From assembly GCA_030141605.1 (NCBI GenBank), contig JAQGDQ010002376.1, positions 1 through 19,941 on the forward strand: a DNA stretch of 19,941 nucleotides, read 5' to 3'. The notes under the pieces were generated by a model. The model was not told where the DNA came from. It did not search any database and worked only from the letters and a program-made list of their open reading frames with translations. Positions within the stretch are counted from its first letter, which is position 1; each line of letters opens with the position of its first letter. This document shows positions 1-11,107 of this stretch, piece by piece. The position numbers and the translations under genes were made by a program. This DNA comes from Tubiluchus corallicola (lineage: Eukaryota > Animalia > Priapulida).

Positions 1-1222
1 GCGTAAGTAATCGTAACAAGTAAGTATGATCCAGTGTATTAAGTACGTAAGTAATCGTAACAAGCAAGTATGATTTAGTGTATTAAGTACGTAAGTAATC
101 GTAACAAGTAAGTATGATTTAGTGTATTAAGTACGTAAGTAATCGTAACAAGTAAGTATGATTTAGTGTATTAAGTACGTAAGTAATCGTAACAAGCAAG
201 TATGATTTAGTGTATTAAGTACGTAAGTAATCGTAACAAGTAAGTATGATTTAGTGTATTAAGTACGTAAGTGACTGTAACAAGTAAGTATGATTTAGTG
301 TATTAAGTGCGTAAGTAATCGTAACAAGTAAGTATGATCCAGTGTATTAAGTACGTAAGTAATCGTAACAAGCAAGTATGATTTAGTGTATTAAGTACGT
401 AAGTAATCGTAACAAGTAAGTATGATTTAGTGTATTAAGTACGTAAGTAATCGTAACAAGTAAGTATGATCTAGTGTATTAAGTACGTAAGTGATCGTAA
501 CAAGTAAGTATGATCTAGTGTATTAAGTACGTAAGTGACCGTAACAAGTAAGTATGATCTAGTGTATTAAGTACGTAAGTGATCGTAACAAGTAAGTATG
601 ATTTAGTGTATTAAGTACGTAAGTGACCGTAACAAGTAAGTATGATCTAGTGTATTAAGTACGTAAGTGACTCTAACAAGTAAGTATGATTTAATGTATT
701 AAGTACGTAAGTGACCGTAACAAGTAAGTATGATTTAGTGTATTAAGTACGTAAGTGATCGTAACAAGTAAGTATGATTTAGTGTATTAAGTACGTAAGT
801 GATCGTAACAAGTAAGTATGATTTAGTGTATTAAGTGCGTAAGTGACCGTAACAAGTAAGTATGATTTAGTGTATTAAGTACGTAAGTAATCGTAACAAG
901 TAAGTATGATTTAGTGTATTAAGTACGTAAGTGATCGTAACAAGTAAGTATGATCCAGTGTATTAAGTACGTAAGTGATCGTAACAAGTAAGTATGATTT
1001 AGTGTATGAAGTACGTAAGTGATCGTAACAAGTAAGTATGATTTAGTGTATGAAGTACGTAAGTGACCGTAACAAGTAAGTATGATCTAGTGTATTAAGT
1101 ACGTAAGTGATCGTAACAAGTAAGTATGATTTAATGTATTAAGTAGGTAAGTGACTGTAACAAGTAAGTATGATTTAATGTATTAAGTAGGTAAGTGACT
1201 GTAACAAGTAAGTATGATCCAG
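1..1222. repeat. 44-bp minisatellite, ~27.7 copies, truncated by the window start
   Basis: Unit GTAAGT(A/G)A(T/C)CGTAACAAGTAAGTATGAT(T/C)TAGTGTATTAAGTAC. Unit starts at 3, 47, 91... give period 44. No unique spacers. Confidence 0.97.
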
Positions 1223-1492
1223 TTTTATCTGTATTTTTTATGATTTTTATTATTGTGTCTCTACCTCACAACTGACGAAGTCCGCGAACGACAAAAACTC
1301 CTGGAAAAGATAAAATTTTTGAGATTTAAAGGAAATGACAAACCTTCTAGGAGGTTAGGCTTATTTCAATGTTTGAGAAAAATATTAAAGGGATTTAGTA
1401 ATAAAAGTGCAATAATCGTCACTTCAAATTAGTAAAATAACTTTAAAAGTTGCGATTACTTCATGATTGGACACTCCCATTTTCAACGCCCA

Positions 1493-1540
1493 TTCTTCCA
1501 ATGACGTCATTCGTTCTTCTTCCAATGACGTCATTCGTTC
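1493..1540. repeat. 24-bp tandem duplication, each copy carrying a CRE-type palindrome TGACGTCA
   Basis: TTCTTCCAATGACGTCATTCGTTC at 1493 and 1517; TGACGTCA at 1502-1509 and 1526-1533. Confidence 0.85.
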
Positions 1541-1861
1541 TGAAGAAAAGTAGCGCAGTGTCAATCTTCGTCAAAAGTGTTTACAAAAATAATAGGTAGC
1601 TCATTTCGTGACATTTTCCATGAACATTAGGCAAGCTGCAAAAGTTTGAATAAATTTAAACAACACGTGCTCACGGAAAGCCACGATGCGCTTACGAAAA
1701 GTCACGAAAACTCCCAATTACGTCAATCTAATGGCGGCAACCGCTACGCCTGAAAATTTCTATTCGAAGATAGCATATTACAACTTTATGTTTTATAGAC
1801 AGGTGTTTTTGCAAATTTCTTTGTTATATTTTTCTAAGTTTAAGTGACAATAGTGACATGA

Positions 1862-2893
1862 AAGTTTAAGTGATAACAGTAAAATAAACCCAACATACTG
1901 AGTGACTTGTTCTTTCCTTTATCACACCACAAACAGTTTAAGTGATAACAGTAAAATAAACCCAACATACTGAGTGATTTGTTCTTTCATTTAACACACC
2001 ACAAACAGTTTAAGTGATAACAGTAAAATAAACCCAACATACTGAGTGATTTGTTCTTTCCTTTAGCACACCACAAACAGTTTAAGTGATAACAGTAAAA
2101 TAAACCCAACATGCTGAGTGATTTGTTCTTTTCTTTAGCACACCACAAACAGTTTGAGTGATAACAGTAAAATAAACTCAACATGCTGAATGATTTGTTC
2201 TTTCCTTTAGCACACCACAAACAGTTTATGTGATAACAGTAAAATAAACCCAACATGCTGAGTGACTTGTTCTTCCCTTTAGCACACCACAAACAGTTTA
2301 AGTGATAACAGTAAAATAGACCCAACATGCTGAGTGATTTGTTCTTTCCTTTAGCACACCACAAACAGTTTAAGTGATATCAGTAAAATAAACCCAACAT
2401 GCTGAGTGATTTGTTCTTCCCTCTAGCACACCACAAACAGTTTAAGTGATAACAGTAAAATAAACCCAACATGCTGAGTGATTTGTTCTTTCCTTTAGCA
2501 CACCACAAACAGTTCATGTGATAACAAAAAAATAAACCCAACATGCTGAGTGACTTGTTCTTCCCTCTAACACACCACAAACAGTTTAAGTTATAACAGT
2601 AAAATAAACCCAACATGCTGAGTGATTTGTTCTTTCCTTGAGCACACCACAAACAGTTTAAGTGATAACAGTAAAATAAACCCAACATGCTGAGTGACTT
2701 GTTCTTCCCTGTAGCACACCGCAAACAGTTTAAGTGATAACAGTAAAATAAACCCAACATACTGAGTGACTTGTTCTTTCCTGTAGCACACCACAAACAG
2801 TTTAAGTGATAACAGTAAAATAAACCCAACATGCTGAGTGATTTGTTCTGTCCTTTAGCACACCACAAACAGTTTAAGTGATAACAGTAAAAT
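1862..2893. repeat. 72-bp minisatellite, ~14 copies
   Basis: Unit AAACAGTTTAAGTGATAACAGTAAAATAAACCCAACATGCTGAGTGATTTGTTCTTTCCTTTAGCACACCAC, with starts at 1931, 2003... It accounts for the 24-aa-periodic minus-strand ORFs. Confidence 0.97.
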
Positions 2894-3000
2894 TAGCCTT
2901 ACATATTAACTGACTTCTTTTTTAAAAAGTCACTTTGTTTTCTTCATGATTCTTACAATTTACTTTAGTTTTATATGCAAATTTTACAGGTTTTGTTACA

Positions 3001-3068
3001 ATGATGAAAAAATTTCTAGTGCTGCATCTTCTTGTAATCGTGCTGCATGTCACTGTGGCTCAGCAGAA
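3001..3068 (+). CDS. Gene A (secreted rhodanese-domain protein) coding exon 1: signal peptide
   Basis: Acceptor ttttacAG at 2988-2989, ATG at 3001, donor AA|GTAAGT at 3069 (phase 2). Encodes MMKKFLVLHLLVIVLHVTVAQQ: basic n-region, hydrophobic core and small residues before a likely cleavage after A20. Joins exon 2 in frame. Confidence 0.82.
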
Positions 3069-3178
3069 GTAAGTCTATGGTTTATGCAAGATTCATTTTA
3101 ATTTTTATCACTTGTAATGCTAACGAAAGATCTTTAGTAAACCATGGACAGTCAACTGGCCATATGTTTATTAAATTA

Positions 3179-3491
3179 CCGTATTTATTCGAGTATAACG
3201 CGCACAATTTTCCACCTAAAAAGAACTCAAAGTTTGGGTGCGCGTTAAAAACGAGGGCTGGGGTGAGGCGTAGTTAAGGAAATAATCAATAATATTTGCG
3301 TCATCAGCAGACTTTGTCAGACGGTGCCTGGCCCACGGAAATGTAAGAGACTGGAGTTGTTCAACAATGCACGTGTTCAGCAACGTTTGTCACTTACAAT
3401 GCTTGGTCTGAGCCGAGAAAAAGTGAAACAAAATTTTATACCGATTTTTAATCGAAAATTAGGGGTGCGCGTTATACTCGAATAAATACGG
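3179..3491. mobile_element. Tc1/mariner-superfamily MITE (Tc2-like CCGTATTT termini), 313 bp, in intron 1 of gene A
   Basis: Perfect 27-bp terminal inverted repeats CCGTATTTATTCGAGTATAACGCGCAC (3179-3205 and 3465-3491), flanked by TA target-site duplications (3177-3178, 3492-3493). No transposase ORF. Confidence 0.9.
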
Positions 3492-3927
3492 TACGTAATA
3501 GTTATATTATGTAACTTTTCTAGTTATACAAGTGTTTCAAACAGGTAAGCAAAGCAATATAACTTTCCATGGCAAGTTCTTCGGGATAGTAGTTAAATAA
3601 AATAATTTATACTTTGTAATTAAATAAAAAGGATAAAAAAGTTTAGTTCTCCTAATTTGTTATTCAATAAACAAATGAACAGGGCAACGTTGGAATGATT
3701 GGACAAACAAAAATTTGTTGCACAATAAAAGAAAAAATATTAAAAAAGAATGTACAATTAAAATGCATAGAAACAATCAAGAGAGCAGACAAGTGTACAT
3801 CCAAGCAAGCAAACAAATAAACAAAAACACAGACAAGTAACTGGTGAAGCAACCATTCAACTTAATCTAGTAAATTTGTGGCCAGTTGTTAACCCATTGT
3901 TAACTCAAATCTTTTTAAAACTTGCAG

Positions 3928-4084
3928 TCCATGGACCATGTCAAGCCTCATTGCTCGTTATAAACAAATATTTCCTGCTGTTCCAACCGTTACAACCGAA
4001 CAGTGTGATCAGTGGCGCTCTCTGTTGGCGAATTTGACTGATTCTGAAGAGTGTATACCAGGACTAGGAAAATTAATCATGTTT
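3928..4084 (+). CDS. Gene A coding exon 2
   Basis: Acceptor cttgcAG at 3926-3927, donor TTT|GTAAGT at 4085; 157 nt, phase 2 in / 0 out. Encodes (N)PWTMSSLIARYKQIFPAVPTVTTEQCDQWRSLLANLTDSEECIPGLGKLIMF, ending in the hydrophobic strand that precedes the rhodanese DVR motif. Confidence 0.9.
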
Positions 4085-4212
4085 GTAAGTAACACAACAA
4101 GGTAAAGGCTAGCTAAGGCTTCGTAAAAGCCAAGGAATTAGGTGTTGTTTTCTAAGTCATTATTTTTAATGATTAGGAATTTTAGTAAATTGTGAAATTC
4201 TACTTGCATTAA

Positions 4213-5340
<1,128 letters not shown>

Positions 5341-5587
5341 ATTATTTTTATTTTACATGCCAGTAATTTATCACAGATACAAAACTGATAGATTGGCAAT
5401 AGCGTTGTTAAAGAAGCATGTGAACACGCAAGCTAAAGTTTCAATAACATAACAAATCAAAACTGATCACACAATTACAGAAACATCGCAAACTGAAAAA
5501 GCATTATAGTTTCAAAATGAAGTAGCTAATGGATTTACCAATCCATTATAAATGCTAGATGAACCACTTATCGTTAATCCAATACAG

Positions 5588-5699
5588 GATGTGCGAGAAA
5601 CAGATGAATACGATGTGAGTCACATTCCTGAAGCGGCGAATATCAATCCATCTACAACAGGACCAGCAGCAGTACAGAGAATACAAGAAATCACAGAAG
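5588..5699 (+). CDS. Gene A coding exon 3: rhodanese DVR..EY..SHIP.A motif
   Basis: Acceptor aatacAG at 5586-5587, donor AAG|GTGACA at 5700 (phase 1). Encodes DVRETDEYDVSHIPEAANINPSTTGPAAVQRIQEITE, which matches the rhodanese D-V-R-x3-E-Y-x2-(G/S)-H-I-P-x-A signature. Confidence 0.93.
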
Positions 5700-6293
5700 G
5701 TGACAGAGTATTCATACTTTGCTTTGAATACAAGAAATCACAGAATGTGACAGAGTATTCATACTTTGCTTTGAATACAAGAAATCACAGAAGGTGACAG
5801 AGTATTCATACTTTGCTTTGAATACAAGAAATCACAGAATGTGACAGAGTATTCATACTTTGCTTTGAATACAAGAAATCACAGAATGTGACAGAGAATT
5901 CATACTTTGCTTTGAATACAAGAAATCACAGAAGGTGACGGAGTATTCATACTTTGCTTTGAATACAAGAAATCACAGAATGTGACAGAGTATTCATACC
6001 TTGCTTTGAATACAAGAAATCACAGAATGTGACAGAGAATTCATACTTTGCTTTGAATACAAGAAATCACAGAATGTGACAGAGTATTCATACTTTGCTT
6101 TGAATACAAGAAATCACAGAATGTGACAGAGTATTCATACTTTGCTTTGAATACAAGAAATCACAGAAGGTGACGGAGTATTCATACTTTGCTTTGAATA
6201 CAAGAAATCACAGAATGTGACAGAGTATTTACACTTTGCCTTGAATACAAGAAATCACAGAAGGTGACAGAGTATTCATACTTTACTTTGAAT
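5679..6293. repeat. 47-bp minisatellite, 13 copies, starting inside exon 3 and containing its splice donor
   Basis: Unit GAATACAAGAAATCACAGAA(G/T)GTGACAGAGTATTCATACTTTGCTTT, with starts at 5679, 5726 ... 6243. Confidence 0.97.
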
Positions 6294-6311
6294 GAAAGAG
6301 TCAAAGCTTAA

Positions 6312-6473
6312 CCCTTTCAGTCCCAAATTATTTTTTAATAAGAAAAAAAATTTTTGACTCGGTACTTTTGTTCAGTATGTCCATCTCGTTTACACATAAT
6401 AATTATTTTTTCTACCTGTGCCCTTGTGCTAAATACAGCCTGTATCCCACGGGATACATTGGGATTCAATGGA
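6312..6473. mobile_element. Possible degenerate piggyBac-like MITE remnant
   Basis: TTAA|CCCTTTCAGTCCCAA at 6308-6326. A possible right end TTGGGATTCAATGGA (6459-6473) matches 11/15 of the reverse complement, but there is no right-hand TTAA. Confidence 0.3.
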
Positions 6474-6749
6474 AGCATAAAATGTGCTTCATTTTGCATC
6501 TGTTGATAATTTTTTAAAGTATTTAAGACATTTAGTATGCATGCTATACTGATCTGTACGAAGTCGTCTCTAAAGTACTGTACCTTGCACAGTTTTTTAT
6601 GCTATGTAGATTTTCTAGTTTGCCATTTTATCACCATTTTAGTCTATTGTTATTGGCTTAAATCAAAATAACTATTAACAGATCAAATAACTGTCAGTTT
6701 TAAAATTTTATTAATTTTAGCAATTTTTCCCTCTGACACCAAACTCGCG

Positions 6750-7322
6750 AGTGTGAACTGTTCTCCGAGTTAATGTCGGCAAGGTATTGCAAGCTCTCTG
6801 GCAATTGCTGCGAGTTGATTCCTAAGAGTTACTCTCCTTTGTGAACTGTTGTGCGAGTTAATGTCGGCAAGGTATTGCAAGCTCTCTGGCAATTGCTGCG
6901 AGTTGACTCCTAAGAGTTACTCTCCAGTGTGAACTGTTCTGCGAGTTAATGTCGGCAAGGTACTGCAAACTCTCTGGCAATTGCTTTGAGTTGACTCCTA
7001 AGAGTTACTCTTCAGTGTGAACTCTTGTGCGAGTTAATGTCGGCAAGGTATTGCAACCTCTCTGGCAATTGCTGCGAGTTTATCTCTTAAGAGTTACTGT
7101 CTAGTGTGATCGCCTCTCCGAGTTATTCTCAGAGTTACTGTCCAGTGTGAACGCCTCTGCGAGTTACTCTCAGTACTTCTGGCAGCGAATAGAGAAATAA
7201 GTGTCAACTCATCCTTACTGTTGGAGAGTAACTCACAGCAAATTTTTCCTTCTACTCTGAACACGCTTGCGAGTTATTGGTGAGTTACTTGACGAGTCAA
7301 CTTGGCTGTTGTGAACGTACCG
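6750..7322. repeat. 88-bp tandem repeat (~4 copies) decaying into GAGTTA(C/A)T sub-repeats; possibly the interior of a Harbinger-like element
   Basis: GTGAACT at 6753, 6841, 6929 and 7017 (period 88). The block ends GTGAACGTACCG|TAA at 7311-7325, resembling a PIF/Harbinger terminus with a TAA target site. No matching left end was found. Confidence 0.8.
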
Positions 7323-7907
7323 TAAGACAAATGATTGTCATGGGTGTCTTAACACAGATAGACCGAGGCAGCTAGAGCTGCTGTACTAAAGTTTAATATA
7401 TAAATCGCAAGGGGCGTTTACCATGCCCAAGTTGATGACGTAACACACATTCTCACAACCCCCCCCCCCCCGTTGTTGTAGGTCAAAGTTTAAGTGTACC
7501 ACAGCAACGCCTCTTAACAACAACTGTCACGTGATATGTGGGTAAAACAAAGCTGTCTGCCACAACATTTCAAGAACTTCAACTGTTTATTATGCATATA
7601 AGCAATGCATCATACCTAACTTTATGTGATTATGCATTAATCTGTGTATAGAGTGATTTACTAGCAGGATCTTGCTTAGAAACAAGAAAAATGAACTAGG
7701 TAATGTTCTGGCTAGCTGTTAAAACTGTTACTATTACAATAGCTTGTGCTGAGAGCCGTTGCTAACTGTACACAAATGTGTTGTCTGGTAGACTTAACCT
7801 CTGACCTTTTCACAATCATCATCAATCACTGGAAATGTGAGAAGGCTTATTGTCGCAATTCATTTTCATATTTTTATAATTATCACATTTTTGTTATGAC
7901 TACACAG

Positions 7908-8006
7908 GTACTTCGTGCAGTAAGATTACAGCAGTTTTCTATTGTTCACTTGGATACCGATCTTCACTGCTCGCCAACAGAGTTATTACTGCAATGTCAT
8001 CGTCTG
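7908..8006 (+). CDS. Gene A coding exon 4: rhodanese active-site loop
   Basis: Acceptor tacacAG at 7906-7907, donor CTG|GTAAGC at 8007; 99 nt, phase 1/1. Encodes (G)TSCSKITAVFYCSLGYRSSLLANRVITAMSSS. The catalytic Cys codon (7943-7945) lies in a C-x-x-G-x-R-S loop. Confidence 0.94.
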
Positions 8007-8173
8007 GTAAGCGCGTTATTCATTAATTAATGTTGTGCGTGCGTGCGTGCGTGTGTGTGTGTGTGTATGTGTGTGCGTGCATGTATGTATGAATGTATGT
8101 GTGCGTGTGTGTGTATGTGCGTGCGTGCGCGCGTATGTGTGTGTGTGTGCGTGCGCGTGTGTGTGTGTATGTG

Positions 8174-8253
<80 letters not shown>

Positions 8254-8465
8254 AAGCCATTCTCACGTGTATTTCACATGACATGAAACAAGGTCAACTC
8301 TTTGATAAAGAACCTCAGTTATTACTGCAATATCAACGTCTGGTAAGCGTGTCATTCATTAATTAATGTTGTGCGTGCGTGCGTGCGTGTGTTTCCAGCC
8401 ATTCTCACGTGTATTTCACATGATATGAAGCAAGGTCAACTCTTTTAATAAAGGACCTCAGTTAT
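7981..8465. repeat. Two-copy tandem duplication of the exon-4 3' end, donor and intron start; the first copy holds an expanded (GT)n/(GCGT)n tract (~8030-8250)
   Basis: AGTTATTACTGCAAT..CGTCTGGTAAGCG..ATTCATTAATTAATGTTGTGCGTGCG...AGCCATTCTCACGTGTATTTCACATGA...ACCTC occurs at 7981-8316 and again at 8317-8459. Confidence 0.92.
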
Positions 8466-9238
8466 GATATACCGATAAACATGATTAATCATCGTTGCTC
8501 TCCAAGCCTATGGGAGTGTTGTGTCCAAACACAATCAATGACCAATACTGTCCAGCTATATTTACTATGTTTGTTGTGCCCGTACTTTGCCTGGCTGGTC
8601 ATTATGGTTAATATGAATACCAGGTGTATCACTAAACCAGATAAAGCACAAATTAATATTTATTTCGAAATTACACCACAATTTTCAATTTGCTGATGAC
8701 GTAAATTTTTTTTAATTTTTTAACTTTGTGTAAAAAGTTTGAATTTTTGTAAAAACAGGCGGGAGAGCAAAACTTGTGCGACTAAATGCCTTGAATTCAA
8801 TAATTTGCATTTTCGACGCAACAAATATTGAATTGAGTTTAATTTGTAGCAATGTATATACTCTTACTTTTATATGGATAATAAGAAAAAGTAATTAAAA
8901 TATGCGCATAATAATTGATGAATATTACATTTTTACAATGACGATGAAACTAGATTAATTAGTACATGTTTAGTAATAAAGGTTTACTAGTCTATTATAA
9001 GACCTACATTTTAGTAAAGAGAAAAGAAATTACAATATGACTAAATTACGAAACAATTACATTAAATGTATACGTTGAAACTACCACAGGAACACTTTAT
9101 ACATACCTATTATACTGTGTCCATGATCATCCTTGATAATGAGCAAAGGAACAACATAGTTATTGTCAGGGCCATGTGACTGCTGGCTAGCTAGGCTTTT
9201 GGCACAGATAAATTACTATATATATATATATATATTCA

Positions 9239-9692
9239 TACCGGTGTTTCAAAAGTTTCAAACCATTTTTAAAAACATGTTAATTATAGCAACTTATGCA
9301 CACACGACAAATTGATTGCTGTCTATTGCTGAGTCACGTGACATGAGAATTTTGGAGACAAAATTATATGCTTTCAAGAAAACTGCCTCAGAACACAGAT
9401 GATCACTTTTTAAATTAATTATAATAAAATTACAAAGCTTCCCAGTCGTCATGTTCTTCTTCAATCTTTACAAGTCTCCCTGGCTTTTCTAGGAATTCTA
9501 ACTCCTTCAGGACCACAATGCATTTGCTTGGCTTAGACGAATTAAAAATCAATTTTTGACGAAAAAATTGAAAAAATCTTTCAGTAACTGCAGTGTTTGC
9601 ACTGTAATAATGTACAGTATCACTTGTGTGAAATCAACTTATGCAGAAAATTTCAACTATCCAGACGCAACACTCTGATAAACTTTGACCTC
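9239..9692. mobile_element. Degenerate interspersed repeat, probably a non-autonomous Tc1/mariner-type remnant
   Basis: Starts TA-CCGGTGTTTCAAAA (Tc1-like terminus) after a (TA)n tract. Segment 9498-9692 has an inverted homolog at 18755-19075, including an exact 27-bp match (9609-9635 vs 18811-18837). Confidence 0.55.
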
Positions 9693-10114
9693 TAGGTGAA
9701 ATTCATGTTAAAAAATGAAATGACCTTAATTGGTCCTTGATTGATTAGTTGGATTTTTCTGGAATAGCAACAGAACCCTGCACAGCTTGGGCGTAGCAAT
9801 CAGACGATCAATAAAATAGTGTGTACGATCACGCAAGTGTGCACCAGACTAAGCTACTCAATAGGCTAAGTTGGAGTGCCTGAACGGAGCACGTTTTTTC
9901 TTAATTTTAACTAATTAAATTGCTTATAAATGTTTAAACAAATAACATGATTAAATAGTCAATATTCTACTCAGTAGGTCAGTACCCAATCTGTAATCAT
10001 TTAGTTATGTCTGTGCTCATACAGTAATAGGAAAGTCATAAGACTTATAAGGCCTATTTTGAATAATGCAGTTCTGAATCTAATGTCTGGGCAAGCTAAA
10101 CACATTAGCTTTAA

Positions 10115-10794
10115 AGGACAAGAAAAGAGGTACCTGAAGTAGGTTCCAGAAAAATCGCCTTAAAAAATTATATTACTTTACAGAATTTATATCTTACTCG
10201 CCCTGAAGGGAATTTCAGTTTGTTTTCATTTTAAATCTCCAAATCTCATCAATACTGTTCCGAAGTCGCCATTACATGACGTCATGTACCAAACATAAAT
10301 CAAGGGAAGAAAAGGCAATGTTAAATTATATCTCAAAAACTTTCCGTGCAAATCTATATTACTTAGCATTTCGCTTACCTGCTAGAAAGACTTATGTAAC
10401 TAGAAAAGATAATTATTAATTATTTAAAATGTTTTCACCAATTCGTAAAATGTCGCTGACTCACCCTCCAGGGTGCACCACTCACTAACCAAAAAACGTA
10501 TTTTTAATCTTATTGACAAGATACAGCAATTTTAAATTTCATTTAGTTAGTGACACGTGTGGTACGAATGCACTGATTATTTTTTCAAACTTTACAAAAT
10601 GTTATCTAAACTTGTTTCAAATGACCTGTCGTGAAAATGGCCGCATCTAACAGTCATCGCGGGAGTTTAAATTTACATGTTTTATACAGCGTGACTGCCG
10701 ATTGAAGTCCTGCATGTAAAAAGGCTGTAAAAGTGATATAAAATTTCAAAACGAATTTTTCAAGCTTTATGTTCATGAAGGGTTTTCTTGTGCT
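10115..10794 (+). mobile_element. Non-autonomous Kolobok-like DNA transposon, 680 bp, in intron 4 of gene A
   Basis: TTAA|AGGACAAGAAAA ... TTTTCTTGTGCT|TTAA: 12-bp TIR with one mismatch, AG-starting ends and TTAA TSD (10111-10114, 10795-10798). The internal sequence recurs at ~14945-15488. Confidence 0.75.
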
Positions 10795-10910
10795 TTAAGA
10801 AATCAAGGGTACGTTTTGTACACTTACTACTAATAATTCTCGATATTAAAAGCTTAAACTGGTAACAAAGAGGATCTCTAAAAACAGAACCTTGACTTTT
10901 TAACTTACAG

Positions 10911-11089
10911 ATGTCACGTTGAGTCTTCCCCTCGATGTGTGCATAATAGAGGGTGCGATTTTCAAATGGACAAATGAAGAACGCCACCTGGTGAATGGCG
11001 AAGGAACTAAAACCATCTACACGCTCGCTCCTCATCCATACTGGGGACAACTATTGAAGGCACAGTTTCATTACAAAACGCAAGAATGA
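10911..11089 (+). CDS. Gene A coding exon 5 (terminal)
   Basis: Acceptor ttttttaacttacAG ending at 10910, phase 1 in, TGA at 11087-11089. Encodes (D)VTLSLPLDVCIIEGAIFKWTNEERHLVNGEGTKTIYTLAPHPYWGQLLKAQFHYKTQE*, containing the rhodanese C-terminal L-x-G-G-x-x-x-W-like motif IEGAIFKW. The five exons total 615 nt = 204 aa + stop. Confidence 0.92.
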
Positions 11090-11101
11090 AATTCAGGCAG
11101 A

Positions 11102-11107
11102 AATAAA
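11102..11107 (+). terminator. Candidate polyadenylation signal of gene A
   Basis: AATAAA starting 13 nt after the stop codon. More distal signals could be used instead. Confidence 0.4.

Noticed and set aside
1-1222. CRISPR-like array (also considered for 1862-2893, 5679-6293 and 17961-18171)
   Set aside because: Units are head-to-tail with no unique spacers, there are no cas genes, and the context is spliceosomal-intron eukaryotic DNA.
1987-2868. Cys-rich 24-aa repeat ORFs on the minus strand (WCAKGKNKSLSMLGLFYCYHLNCL)
   Set aside because: They are a by-product of a 72-bp (3n) minisatellite, broken by stop-creating variants, with no unique flanking coding sequence.
5552-5797. 81-aa ORF as a complete single-exon gene
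   Set aside because: Only 5588-5699 is rhodanese-like; the rest is intron and minisatellite read-through.
7746-8366. ORFs 7746-8030 and the CV/HT repeat ORFs
   Set aside because: The real exon (7908-8006) is in a different frame, and the others are (GT)n translations.
10760-11050. 96-aa minus-strand ORF
   Set aside because: It is the antisense shadow of gene A exon 5 plus a transposon end.
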